Assembly: GCA_902602595.1 (NCBI GenBank)
Contig: CACKRJ010000003.1
Coordinates: 68,062 to 132,061, forward strand
DNA: 64,000 nucleotides
DNA from: an uncultured SAR86 cluster bacterium
Lineage (GTDB): Bacteria; Pseudomonadota; Gammaproteobacteria; Magnimaribacterales; D2472
Reading direction: 5' to 3'
Both the position numbers and the translations under genes were made by a program. Positions 52,995 to 62,821 of this stretch are shown in pieces. The stretch's first letter is position 1, and each line of letters opens with the position of its first letter. Below the pieces are notes generated by a model. It was not told where the DNA came from and ran no database searches. It saw only the letters and a program-made list of their open reading frames with translations.

Positions 52995-54299
52995 ATGAAA
53001 CATCCAAACCATCCAAATGTTGATCAAAGTGATCGAGTGGTGCCATATAATCTTAGACAAAGTGGTCGAACGCCCACTGAGCTTTTGATTTCAACAAGAG
53101 TTAGAAAGTCACCTTTTTGGCATCTATCTCATGAAGCGGGTTGCTGGAGAGCAACTGTTTACAATCGCATCTATCATCCGAGAGGCTACGTAAAACCTGA
53201 AGATGGGGGAGCTATGGTTGAATACGAAGCGTTGGTTAATCGAGTAACAATGTGGAATGTGGCTGTTGAAAGACAAATTCGAGTCAAAGGCCCTGATGCA
53301 GAAGCCTTTACTGATTATGTAATAACACGTGATGCAACAAAGATTGAACCAGGTAATGGTAAATATGCAATTTTATGTAACGACAAAGGCGGCATCCTAA
53401 ATGATCCTGTTTTATTGAGATTAGCTGAGGATGAGTTTTGGTTTTCTATTTCTGATAGCGATCTATTGCTCTGGCTACAAGGAGTCAACATTTCTAAAAA
53501 ATATGATGTCATCATAGATGAAATTGATGTGTGTCCTCTACAAATCCAAGGGCCACTCTCCGAGGATCTTATGGCTAAACTTGCTGGTGAGGAGCTAAGA
53601 GAGATTCCTTACTATGGATTGATGGAAACTAAAATTGATGGAGCAGATGTAGTCATTAGTCAAACTGGTTTTACTGGTGAGAAAGGCTATGAAATTTATG
53701 TTCGTGATGCTCATGAGAATGCTGAAACTATTTGGAATGCTGTGCTTGAGGCTGGTGAAGAATTTGGGCTTATGGTTATAGCGCCAGCTCATCACCGACG
53801 AATTCAAGCTGGTATTTTGTCCTGGGGGCAAGACTTAGACCATGAAACATCACCATTCCAAGTTAACCTAAGCTATCAGGTTCCAAGAAACAAAAAAGCT
53901 GATTACATTGGCAAGGAAGAGCTAGAGAGACAGCGCGCTGTAATTGATGCGGGAGAGTTTCCCTTCAAAATGCGAATGGTTGGTATGATTTTTGGTGGAA
54001 AGGAGATTACTGATTATGCGCCTGATTTTTGGCTAATTGCTGATACAGATGGTAATGATATGGGTTATGTCACCTCTCCGTGGTGGTCACCTGAATTAGA
54101 TACAAACGTAGCACTTGGCTGGGTTCCATGGGCTTCATCAGAAGTGGGAACTAAACTGCAAGTCAAATTGCCTGATGAATATTCAGAGTCGCCTGGAGTT
54201 GTTGCAGAGGGTGAAATTGTCGATGTTCCATTTAGAGAGTCTGTGAATCCTAATAAACGCGAAGTCCAAAAGGAAAAAGGTTTGGATTACGCAGACTAA
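52995..54299 (+). CDS. GcvT-family aminomethyltransferase (DmdA-like subgroup, 434 aa)
   Basis: RVRKSPFW...ATVYNRIYHP...MWNVAVERQIRVKGPDAEAF...NDPVLLRLAEDEFWFSISDSDLLLW...GFTGEKGYEIYV. GGGGGA Shine-Dalgarno. Confidence 0.8.
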   Translation: MKHPNHPNVDQSDRVVPYNLRQSGRTPTELLISTRVRKSPFWHLSHEAGCWRATVYNRIYHPRGYVKPEDGGAMVEYEALVNRVTMWNVAVERQIRVKGPDAEAFTDYVITRDATKIEPGNGKYAILCNDKGGILNDPVLLRLAEDEFWFSISDSDLLLWLQGVNISKKYDVIIDEIDVCPLQIQGPLSEDLMAKLAGEELREIPYYGLMETKIDGADVVISQTGFTGEKGYEIYVRDAHENAETIWNAVLEAGEEFGLMVIAPAHHRRIQAGILSWGQDLDHETSPFQVNLSYQVPRNKKADYIGKEELERQRAVIDAGEFPFKMRMVGMIFGGKEITDYAPDFWLIADTDGNDMGYVTSPWWSPELDTNVALGWVPWASSEVGTKLQVKLPDEYSESPGVVAEGEIVDVPFRESVNPNKREVQKEKGLDYAD

Positions 54300-54308
54300 A
54301 ATAATCAA

Positions 54309-54336
54309 GAGACCAGTTCATGTCTGAACTGGTCTC
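54309..54336. terminator. Bidirectional terminator hairpin (12-bp perfect stem)
   Basis: Stem gagaccagttca(54309-54320), loop tgtc, stem tgaactggtctc(54325-54336). It lies between convergent GcvT-family genes. The 3' arm touches the stop of the minus-strand gene. Confidence 0.7.
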
Positions 54337-55465
54337 ATTTCTTTGCTCTATCTAACCAAGGCAAATTAACTAATTTCGCTTTTAGATCTTTATCTGGTGA
54401 AGAGATAATTATTTCCTGTCCAACGCTAGCATATTCAGTATCTAAAAAAACATAAGATAAATTCTTATCTAGTCTTGGTGAGTAAACCATCGCATTCATA
54501 GAACCAACCACCTTCCCATTAATTAAAACAGGTAAATGATCTTCATTTGAGTCATTAATAGGATCGCCGTCAATCTCAGCTCCCATCAATTTTTTTGCTG
54601 GTCCTTTTATATTTATTTCACGCAACGCTTCTTTTCCAATAAAATCATCTTCTTGATTAAGATCAATCATCCAGTCTAGCCCAACCTCATAGGGGTTATT
54701 ACTTCTATCTAAATCAGCTAAATAACTTAATATCCCACCTTCAAGCCTAAGAATAATATTTGGCCCACCTGCAGAAATATTAAGCTCTTGCCCTGCCTGC
54801 CAGAGACACTCCCATAATTCATCTCCCTTGGAATGATCTTGAAGAAAAATCTCATAGCATAGTTCCCTGCTGTAACCCATTCGAGCAATAACCATTGGAA
54901 TACCTTCATGATTGAATTCTTTAAATCTATAAAAGCCTAAGTCATGTATCCAATCTCCAAAAACATTTGCCATCAATTCAGCTGAATTAGGTCCTTGTAC
55001 CTGAAGAGGAGATACATCAGGCTCATTAACCTCTACATCAAATTTATATCCTGCTGCTATAGCTTGCACCCATAAAAGAGAGTCTCCATCTGCAATAGAA
55101 AACCAATAGCAATCCTCAGCTAGTTTTAACATAACAGGATCGTTTAGAAATCCTCCTTTAAAATCTAATAAGGGTGCATACATGGCTTGCCCTATTAAGC
55201 ATTTTTTAATATTTCTTGGAGTCAAAAATTGTGAAAGTGCTTCGGCGTCAGGACCCTTAATTTGAATTTGTCGCTCCACGCCTACATCCCACAACTGCAC
55301 GCCCTTTAAAAGATTATTGTAATCTGGGATAGTTCCTTCAAAACTAATGGGTAAATACATATGGTTGTAAACTGTAAAAGCTTTTGCACCATATTTCATA
55401 GTTGAAAGAAAGAATGGTGATTTTCTAACTCGAGGGCTAAAAACTACTTTGGAGGTGTTGTACAT
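54335..55465 (-). CDS. GcvT-family aminomethyltransferase, DmdA-like (376 aa); candidate THF-dependent demethylase
   Basis: SPRVRKSPFF...AFTVYNHMYLP...LWDVGVERQIQIKGPDAEAL...LNDPVMLKLAEDCYWFSIADGDSLLW...EPDVSPLQVQGP resembles the DMSP demethylase DmdA architecture and size as I recall it. The substrate is not assignable by eye. Confidence 0.8.
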   Translation of the reverse strand: MYNTSKVVFSPRVRKSPFFLSTMKYGAKAFTVYNHMYLPISFEGTIPDYNNLLKGVQLWDVGVERQIQIKGPDAEALSQFLTPRNIKKCLIGQAMYAPLLDFKGGFLNDPVMLKLAEDCYWFSIADGDSLLWVQAIAAGYKFDVEVNEPDVSPLQVQGPNSAELMANVFGDWIHDLGFYRFKEFNHEGIPMVIARMGYSRELCYEIFLQDHSKGDELWECLWQAGQELNISAGGPNIILRLEGGILSYLADLDRSNNPYEVGLDWMIDLNQEDDFIGKEALREINIKGPAKKLMGAEIDGDPINDSNEDHLPVLINGKVVGSMNAMVYSPRLDKNLSYVFLDTEYASVGQEIIISSPDKDLKAKLVNLPWLDRAKK

Positions 55466-55522
55466 TTGAGAATGCTATCACGCTTTCTTGAAATAAAATA
55501 GATAGTTATTTACGAAAAAAAT

Positions 55523-56407
55523 CTATGCTTTTTGGAGATCGTCTCTATGAACTTCATTAACCCAATCAACGGTATGTTTTATACCTCCCAATGGGAAAAA
55601 ATGAACTTGCTCGATGTTAAAATCTGGAAAATTATCTTTGAATATCGCTAAAGCATTTATGATTTGAGTTGGTTCATATGGCAATAATAACTTAGTTATA
55701 TCTTTTGCTCTTTTAGTAAGAACTTTCATTGAAGCGCCTACCCCACATTCTAATGAGAATTTTAGAAGGGTTTGAAGTTTAGCTGGCCCAGCAATACCAA
55801 TATGAATTGGAATATCAATTCCACTTTTCCTAATATTTTCAGCCCATTCTTTAACAACTTCAGCATCAAAACAAAATTGAGTATTAATTGCCATAGAAGC
55901 GTCTGTTCTTTTAGAAAATTCTTGTTTCCATGAAAGAGCTGCAGAAACATTTTTGCAACCTCCATCGGGGTCAATATCTCTACACCCCTCTGGATGTCCT
56001 GCTATATGAAGTCTTTTAAAGCCTGCTTTATCAAATAGCCCTGATTCTATTAATTGAATGGAGGAGTCAAAATCACCTATTGGTGTGTTTGAGCCACCGG
56101 CTAATAAAAGCGCTTCATTAACCCCTGCTTCATTCTGATACATAGAAATCCAGTCATATAGCATAGAGTGATTTTTGATCATTCTTGCTGGAATATGAGG
56201 CATTACATTAAATCCTTCTTCATATAACCTTTTCGCTGTAGCAACCATAGCTTCAATCTCTTCATCTTGAATATGAGCTATATACACTCTAGTATCTTTA
56301 GGCAATATCTCAGCGAAAGATTCTATCTTTGCCGCAGACCTTGGTATTACTTCAATAGAATAGCCTGAAATAAAATTCTTAAAATTTGAATTGATAATTT
56401 TCTCCAC
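55523..56407 (-). CDS. metF: Methylenetetrahydrofolate reductase-like protein
   Basis: The MTHFR pattern is present: YSIEVIPR (cf. SFEFFPPR), HIAGHPEG, NTQFCFD (cf. TQFFFD), IHIGIAGP and VHFFPLGG. Length 294 aa. Confidence 0.75.
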   Translation of the reverse strand: MEKIINSNFKNFISGYSIEVIPRSAAKIESFAEILPKDTRVYIAHIQDEEIEAMVATAKRLYEEGFNVMPHIPARMIKNHSMLYDWISMYQNEAGVNEALLLAGGSNTPIGDFDSSIQLIESGLFDKAGFKRLHIAGHPEGCRDIDPDGGCKNVSAALSWKQEFSKRTDASMAINTQFCFDAEVVKEWAENIRKSGIDIPIHIGIAGPAKLQTLLKFSLECGVGASMKVLTKRAKDITKLLLPYEPTQIINALAIFKDNFPDFNIEQVHFFPLGGIKHTVDWVNEVHRDDLQKA

Positions 56408-56463
56408 TAAAAAATACTGGGTCTTTTTAAGCTAAAAAAGATATTAATCAAGCAATATACTCA

Positions 56464-56922
56464 TTACCTAATATCATTGAAAGTAAAATATTTCCTTTTC
56501 GTTAATTTATTGTAAAAAATTGCAAATATCACTATAAAAGCAGCTCCCGTTGCAACTGGAATCAGAATAAAACCTATGCCTTTTGCTCCGAGGATTGCGA
56601 TAATAGGATTTGCTCCAGCAGGCGGGTGAACAGTTTTAGTTACCATCATTAGAAAAACTGCTAACCCTACTGCAAACCCAACACTTAGAAAAGAAAAACC
56701 TAATATTGCATATACAAAAACTCCTGCAAAAGCAGATATGATGTGCCCAAAAAAAACATTTTTTGGATGAGCTAAAGGGCTTTCATTTACCGCCATAACT
56801 AAGACCATGCTTGCTCCAAATGGAGGTATTAACCACAAATTACTTTCATCATAAGAATTTAAGTATGCAAGCGCAGAAATACATAAAAATGCTCCAAGCC
56901 CTGAAATAATATTATTTTTCAC
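56464..56922 (-). CDS. HPP-family membrane protein
   Basis: Four hydrophobic segments and the eponymous motif KTVHPPAGANP. Confidence 0.8.
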   Translation of the reverse strand: MKNNIISGLGAFLCISALAYLNSYDESNLWLIPPFGASMVLVMAVNESPLAHPKNVFFGHIISAFAGVFVYAILGFSFLSVGFAVGLAVFLMMVTKTVHPPAGANPIIAILGAKGIGFILIPVATGAAFIVIFAIFYNKLTKRKYFTFNDIR

Positions 56923-57065
56923 ACAAATAGCATACCTAACATAAATGCAATGGTGAATATTAATTTCTAATGTAAAGTCCTAGGTAAAATAAAGAAATAT
57001 TATTGCTCAAATAATTTTATCGGAATATGATTTTTGTAATATTTAATTTTTAGTTAGAGGATCAA

Positions 57066-58151
57066 ATGGACTTTCAAACTGATAAAGCCTCATTGAAGAT
57101 TATAAGAAATAAAAAATTAGAATATGAGCTTCCATTTCTCTGGATAAGAGATAACTGCTCTTGTAACGATTGTAGGATTCAAGAAACTAAAGAAAAAAGA
57201 TTTATGCTTAATTCTATCCCTGCAGATTTAAAACCTAAGAAAATTTCTATTAATGAGGATGCTCTTAATGTAATTTGGCCAGATGAGCATGAGACGATCA
57301 TACGATTTCAAGATTTGGAGTTATTAAAAAAATCTAGAAAACCAGAAAAAATACTCTGGACTAATGATTTCATCCCAAATAATTATGATTGGTCTGATTT
57401 TCTTACAGATGATTGCGTTGCAATAGATGCTTTCTCTGAATTTATCGCCAAAGGTGCGATATGCATTTCAAACTCTCCATGCATTCTAAATTCATTGGAA
57501 GATCTTGCTCCAAGACTTGGTCCCATAAGAGAAGTATTGTTTGAGCGTATTCATAATGTCTCTGTGGATGGTCATATATACAATATTGCCCATACCTCTT
57601 TAGAGGTCCCGCCCCATAATGACTTTGCCAGCTACTCTTGGCCTCCAAGCGTCCAAGCGCTGCATATGCTTGAAAATGAATGTGATGGCGGAAAATCAAT
57701 GATAGTTGATGGCTATAAAGTGCTCAGTGATCTAAAAAATGACCATCCAGAGTTCTTTAAAATTCTGACAACCTTTTCGGTTCCTTTTAGAGAATTTGAT
57801 GAAGAAAATGAAACTTTTGCAAATGAGCCAATCATCAGGCTGAATTCTTCAAATGAGATAATTGGGCTGAGATACTCCAACCAATTAATGCAAATGATTG
57901 ATCCAAGCAAGAAAAATTTAGATACATTTTATAAGGCCTATCATGAACTATGTAAGAGGGTGAATGATAAAAAATATAAATCAACTTTTCGACTTGAAGC
58001 TGGCAACATACTATTAGTCTCCGCTCATCGAGTCCTGCACGGAAGAGAGGAGTTTAAGCCTAGCGGTAAGCGTCATCTGCAGGATGCCTACTATGAGCTT
58101 GATAACATAGAAAACAATTTGGTACTTTATAAAGAATTACGGGGTAATTGA
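57066..58151 (+). CDS. Fe(II)/2-oxoglutarate dioxygenase of the gamma-butyrobetaine hydroxylase (BBOX) / TmpA type
   Basis: The N-terminal DUF971-like Zn module carries CxCxxC (LWIRDNCSCNDC) and a later His (WPDEHET). The TauD-fold core has the HxD facial triad in PPHNDFASY, GGKSMIVDG, and the distal His in AHRVLHGRE. Confidence 0.85.
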   Translation: MDFQTDKASLKIIRNKKLEYELPFLWIRDNCSCNDCRIQETKEKRFMLNSIPADLKPKKISINEDALNVIWPDEHETIIRFQDLELLKKSRKPEKILWTNDFIPNNYDWSDFLTDDCVAIDAFSEFIAKGAICISNSPCILNSLEDLAPRLGPIREVLFERIHNVSVDGHIYNIAHTSLEVPPHNDFASYSWPPSVQALHMLENECDGGKSMIVDGYKVLSDLKNDHPEFFKILTTFSVPFREFDEENETFANEPIIRLNSSNEIIGLRYSNQLMQMIDPSKKNLDTFYKAYHELCKRVNDKKYKSTFRLEAGNILLVSAHRVLHGREEFKPSGKRHLQDAYYELDNIENNLVLYKELRGN

Positions 58152-58152
58152 G

Positions 58153-58710
58153 TTGGTAAAAAAAGTTAGTTTTACATCAATGGATCAAGGCACCAAAGAG
58201 GATTATGATCTAGTATCAATTCATGACTCAAAGAATGAAAGAAGCTTATCTAAACGTATTATTCAGTGGCTTCAAATGATGGATGGGGATTCCCCTTATC
58301 AAATTAGCAGGCTTCAGCATTCACTGCAAACTGCTACACGAGCAGAAGAAGATGGCGCTGATATTGAAACAATTGTTTGTGCCCTGCTTCATGATATAGG
58401 CGATGTAATATCTCCCTCGAATCATTCACAAGTTTCTGCTGCACTTTTAAGGCCCTACATAAGTGAAAAAAATTATTGGATAGTCCTCCATCATGGCCTC
58501 TTCCAGGGCTACTATTGGATGCATCATTACGATGAGGATAGAGATTCACGGAACCGGTACAAAGACCATCCGTACTATCAGGACTGCATAGATTTTTGCT
58601 CAAAATGGGATCAAAAATCATTTGATCCAAATTATAAAACAAAGTCTCTGGAGTATTTTATTCCAATGATTAAAAAAATTTTCTCCAGAGACCCAAAATC
58701 CTTTGTGTAA
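58153..58710 (+). CDS. Small HD-domain protein of the PhnZ/TmpB (mixed-valent diiron oxygenase) type
   Basis: ISRLQHSLQTATRAEEDGADIETIVCALLHDIGD, then SNHSQ, VLHHG and KWDQKSFD. This gives the H...HD...H...H...D ligand pattern in a ~185-aa protein. The TTG start lies 1 nt after the dioxygenase stop, with GGGG upstream. An alternative ATG is at 58180. Confidence 0.75.
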   Translation: MVKKVSFTSMDQGTKEDYDLVSIHDSKNERSLSKRIIQWLQMMDGDSPYQISRLQHSLQTATRAEEDGADIETIVCALLHDIGDVISPSNHSQVSAALLRPYISEKNYWIVLHHGLFQGYYWMHHYDEDRDSRNRYKDHPYYQDCIDFCSKWDQKSFDPNYKTKSLEYFIPMIKKIFSRDPKSFV

Positions 58711-58751
58711 AAAACTATTCGCTAAAGATTAATAGAGGGTTTGAGTAAAGG

Positions 58752-59861
58752 TTAAAACTCAATAACAGAACGAATGCTTTTTCCCTCATGCATTAAGTCA
58801 AATGCATTGTTGATATCTTTAAGAGGCATTTTGTGAGTAATCAGGTCATCTATATTAATTTTTCCGTCCATATACCAATCAACTATTCTTGGTACGTCTG
58901 TTCGCCCTCTTGCGCCTCCAAAAGCGGTGCCTCTCCATGAGCGACCGGTAACAAGCTGAAATGGTCTGGTTGAGATTTCTTTGCCAGCACCCGCAACTCC
59001 AATAATGCAACTTTCACCCCAGCCCTTATGACAGCACTCAAGAGCTTGCCTCATTACATCAACATTCCCAATGCACTCGAAACTATAATCAACTCCTCCA
59101 CCAGTAATTTCAATAATGTAATCGACCACATTTTCAATATTATTAGGGTTAATAAAATCAGTCATACCAAATTTAGTTCCTATGTCAGCACGGGAATCAT
59201 TTAAATCTATTCCAATTATTCGTGAAGCACCAACCATCTTCGCGCCTTGAATAACATTTAGACCTATGCCTCCTAATCCAAATATTGCTACCGTGGATCC
59301 AGCTTCAACTCCCATAGTGAAAGCCACAGCCCCTATCCCAGTAGTAACTCCACAACCGATATAGCAAATCTTGTCGAATGGAGCATCCTTTCTAACTTTT
59401 GCTAAAGAAATTTCAGGAAGCACAGAGTAATTAGAAAATGTTGAGCACCCCATATAGTGAAGAATAGGCTTGCCATCCAGTGAAAATCTACTTGTGCCAT
59501 CAGGCATAATACCTTTACCTTGTGTCTCTCTTACCGCCTGACACAAATTAGTTTTTGGATGGAGACAAAACTCGCATTTACCGCATTCAGCTGTATAGAG
59601 AGGTATGACATGATCTCCAGGCTTCAGACTTTTAACGCCCTTTCCAACCTCGACAACTATGCCTGCACCCTCATGACCTAAGATTGCTGGGAAAGCTCCC
59701 TCAGGATCATCCCCTGAGAGGGTGAAAGCATCTGTATGACATACGCCAGTTGCTTTCATTTCAACGAGAACTTCTCCAGCCTTCGGCCCTTCAAGATCAA
59801 CTTCAACAATCTCTAAAGGCTTACCAGCCTTAAACGCAACCGCTGCTCTAGTTTTAATCAA
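58752..59861 (-). CDS. frmA: S-(hydroxymethyl)glutathione dehydrogenase / class III alcohol dehydrogenase
   Basis: [55 protein letters not shown]...[10 protein letters not shown] is the classic class III ADH N-terminus. Length 369 aa. Confidence 0.95.
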   Translation of the reverse strand: MIKTRAAVAFKAGKPLEIVEVDLEGPKAGEVLVEMKATGVCHTDAFTLSGDDPEGAFPAILGHEGAGIVVEVGKGVKSLKPGDHVIPLYTAECGKCEFCLHPKTNLCQAVRETQGKGIMPDGTSRFSLDGKPILHYMGCSTFSNYSVLPEISLAKVRKDAPFDKICYIGCGVTTGIGAVAFTMGVEAGSTVAIFGLGGIGLNVIQGAKMVGASRIIGIDLNDSRADIGTKFGMTDFINPNNIENVVDYIIEITGGGVDYSFECIGNVDVMRQALECCHKGWGESCIIGVAGAGKEISTRPFQLVTGRSWRGTAFGGARGRTDVPRIVDWYMDGKINIDDLITHKMPLKDINNAFDLMHEGKSIRSVIEF

Positions 59862-59901
59862 TCTTTATCTCTCTTCTCAAAATTAAAGAATCTAGTTTTA
59901 A

Positions 59902-61098
59902 CTACTTTTTAAACTTTGCTGCTTCCTCTGAGCCACCTGTTGCAGTTCCTTTGGTATATGAGTGAGCGCCCATACCAGCAAGATCACCGTCCTGAACTAT
60001 CAAATATGGATTCCTGATTTCTTCCCCGTCAAAAAAACACTCTAATATTTCTCTCACACCATCTGCATATCTTGTTTGTGCCGACAAAGAGGTTCCTGAG
60101 GTATGCGGAGTCATACCATGATGTGGCATTGTTCTCCAAACATGATCATTGGGAGCTGGTTGAGGGAACCAAACATCTCCAGCATATCCGCTTAATTGAC
60201 CTGACTCTAAGGCCCTGACAATAGCATCCTTATCACAAATTTTTCCTCTTGCGGTGTTGATGATATAAGCACCAGGTTTACATTTAGCAATCAACTCATC
60301 ATTAAATAAATGCTCAGTTTCTGGATGCAAAGGACAGCTGATATTAATGACGTCACAAGCAGCAACCAAGGACTCTACTGAGTCATGATAAGTTAAATTT
60401 AACTCTGCTTCTTTGTCAGAGCTTAATCTATGCTTATCAAAGTAATGCAGGTGAACATCGAATGGATGCATTTTTCTTAGCATGTCATAGCCAATTCTTC
60501 CGGCCGCAATTGTGCCTACATGCATTCCCTCCACATCATAAGATCTCTGGACTGCATCAGCTATATGCCAGCCGCCCTCATTCACTATCCTATGTTGATT
60601 ATGATAATCCCTAACCAGTGCAAGAATCATCATAACAATGTGTTCAGCAACTGAACGTGAATTACAATAGGTCACTTCAACAACATCAACCTTATGATCC
60701 ATAGCTGCTTGCAAATCTACATGGTCAGAGCCAATGCCTGCTGTAATGGCCATCTTTAAGTTAGGAGCACTCTCCATTCTTTTTCTTGTAAGATAATAAG
60801 GCCAAAAAGGTTGAGAGATAACGATATCTGCATCAACCAACTCTTTATCTGCGGTGCAACCATCTGCATCCTTATCAGATGTGACAACCAATGTATGCCC
60901 TCTATCTTCTAAAAACTTTCTTAAACCCAGCTCACCAGAGACGCAACCAAGCAATTCTCCTGGAGTAAAATCTCTTCCCTTGGGACTTGGCAATGTCATG
61001 CCATCTGGATATTTTTCAAGTTTTGGCAACCCCTTTAATGGATAGCTTGATGGCATCCCGCCCTTTGGATCGTCATATAAGACACATAGTATTTTCAT
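59902..61098 (-). CDS. fdh: NAD-dependent formate dehydrogenase
   Basis: MKILCVLYDDP...FTPGELLGCVSGELGLRKFLE...TAGIGSDHVDL...EVTYCNSRSVAEH...GTIAAGRIG...PLHPETEH...GDVWFPQPAP...GGSEEAAKFKK is nearly colinear with Pseudomonas sp. 101 FDH as I recall it. Confidence 0.95.
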   Translation of the reverse strand: MKILCVLYDDPKGGMPSSYPLKGLPKLEKYPDGMTLPSPKGRDFTPGELLGCVSGELGLRKFLEDRGHTLVVTSDKDADGCTADKELVDADIVISQPFWPYYLTRKRMESAPNLKMAITAGIGSDHVDLQAAMDHKVDVVEVTYCNSRSVAEHIVMMILALVRDYHNQHRIVNEGGWHIADAVQRSYDVEGMHVGTIAAGRIGYDMLRKMHPFDVHLHYFDKHRLSSDKEAELNLTYHDSVESLVAACDVINISCPLHPETEHLFNDELIAKCKPGAYIINTARGKICDKDAIVRALESGQLSGYAGDVWFPQPAPNDHVWRTMPHHGMTPHTSGTSLSAQTRYADGVREILECFFDGEEIRNPYLIVQDGDLAGMGAHSYTKGTATGGSEEAAKFKK

Positions 61099-61123
61099 TT
61101 TTTCCTCCTCTTAAATTAAATTT

Positions 61124-62821
61124 CTAGAATAATCCTTGAATTAATCCCTCGTCATCAACATCTATATTTTCTGCAGCAGGTATCCTTGGTAGACCTGGCA
61201 TAGTCATAATATCTCCACAAACAACAACAATAAATTCAGCACCTGCCGATAGTCGAACCTCTTTGATCGGAACATCATGCCCTGATGGAGCTCCCATTAA
61301 TAACGGATCGGTAGAAAAACTATATTGAGTCTTTGCCATGCATATTGGATATTCACCAAATCCATCATCCTCAAATTTCTGGAATTGATTTCGCACTTTT
61401 TTATCAGCAATTATTTCAGAAGCACCATAAATTTTTTGAGCTATATGTTTGGTCTTGTCCCAAAGCCGCATTTTACTATCATACAAAGTTTTAAAGTCAG
61501 ATGAATTTGAATCAGCAATTTTTGCAACCTCTTCCGCAAGATCTGCTGCACCTTTTCCACCTTTTTCCCAGTGAGAAGAAATTTTGCACTCAACACCAAT
61601 CTTGCCGCAATAATTAATAATTGCTGAATGCTCTTTTTCAGTGTCAGTTATAAAATCGTTAATAGCCACGACAACAGGAACACCAAATTTTTTAATATTT
61701 TCAATATGTTTTGCTAGATTCTCACATCCTAAAGTGACAGCATCTACATTTTCAGCCCCAAGATCGTCCTTTTTAACGCCTCCATGCATTTTCAAAGCTT
61801 TAGTAGTAGCTACCAACACAACAGCATCTGGTTTTAATCCTGATTTTCTACATTTAATATCAAAAAATTTCTCAGCACCGAGATCCGCGCCAAATCCTGC
61901 CTCTGTTACAACATAATCTGCAAGCTTCAAGGCTGTTTTAGTGGAAATAACTGAATTGCATCCATGTGCAATGTTCGCAAAAGGACCACCATGTATGAAT
62001 GCAGGATTATTCTCAAGAGTTTGGACTAAATTTGGTTGGAAAGCATCCTGCAGTAATGCAATCATGGCACCATCAGCATTGAGTTGTTTTGCTCTTACTG
62101 GCTCATTGGTTCTTGTATAACCAATAACTATATTTCCAATTCTTTTTTTAAGATCATCGATATCTGATGCTAAGCAAAACACTGCCATAATCTCAGATGC
62201 AACAGTTATGTCAAAACCGCTTTGTCTAGGTATTCCATTGCCTGTTCCGCCAAGACCGCAAGTAATATCTCTTAATGATCTATCGTTCATATCAACTACC
62301 CTCTTCCAGGTAATTCTTCTAGGATCGATATTCAATTTATTATCCCAATGAATATGATTATCAATCAAAGCTGATAAAAGATTGTGTGCAGCTCCAATGG
62401 CATGAAAATCACCAGTGAAATGCAGATTAATATCTGTCATGGGAATCACTTGAGCAAATCCACCTCCAGCAGCACCTCCTTTCATACCAAAGCATGGACC
62501 AAGGCTTGGCTCTCTAAGACAAATCATTGCCTTTTTACCAATATGACAAAGCCCATCTACAAGACCAACACTCGTAGTAGTCTTTCCCTCACCAGCCGGG
62601 GTGGGTGAAATAGCAGTAACTAAAATTAATTTGCCATTCTCTTGATCTCGAAGCTTTTCAGGAATAATTGAAAGATTAACCTTAGCCTTAAACTTACCGT
62701 ATTGCTCTAAATACTCCTCTCCTATACCTAATTTAGAAGCAATGCTCCCAATTGCAGTTATTTCTGCCTCTCTAGCTATATCTATATCTGTTTTCACAAT
62801 GAAAATCATCCCCCATAACAT
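61124..62821 (-). CDS. fhs: Formate--tetrahydrofolate ligase
   Basis: [10 protein letters not shown]..., the P-loop-like [16 protein letters not shown], and [18 protein letters not shown]. The true start may be the internal ATG (62809) or GTG (62797), which would give the usual ~557-561 aa. Confidence 0.95.
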   Translation of the reverse strand: MLWGMIFIVKTDIDIAREAEITAIGSIASKLGIGEEYLEQYGKFKAKVNLSIIPEKLRDQENGKLILVTAISPTPAGEGKTTTSVGLVDGLCHIGKKAMICLREPSLGPCFGMKGGAAGGGFAQVIPMTDINLHFTGDFHAIGAAHNLLSALIDNHIHWDNKLNIDPRRITWKRVVDMNDRSLRDITCGLGGTGNGIPRQSGFDITVASEIMAVFCLASDIDDLKKRIGNIVIGYTRTNEPVRAKQLNADGAMIALLQDAFQPNLVQTLENNPAFIHGGPFANIAHGCNSVISTKTALKLADYVVTEAGFGADLGAEKFFDIKCRKSGLKPDAVVLVATTKALKMHGGVKKDDLGAENVDAVTLGCENLAKHIENIKKFGVPVVVAINDFITDTEKEHSAIINYCGKIGVECKISSHWEKGGKGAADLAEEVAKIADSNSSDFKTLYDSKMRLWDKTKHIAQKIYGASEIIADKKVRNQFQKFEDDGFGEYPICMAKTQYSFSTDPLLMGAPSGHDVPIKEVRLSAGAEFIVVVCGDIMTMPGLPRIPAAENIDVDDEGLIQGLF

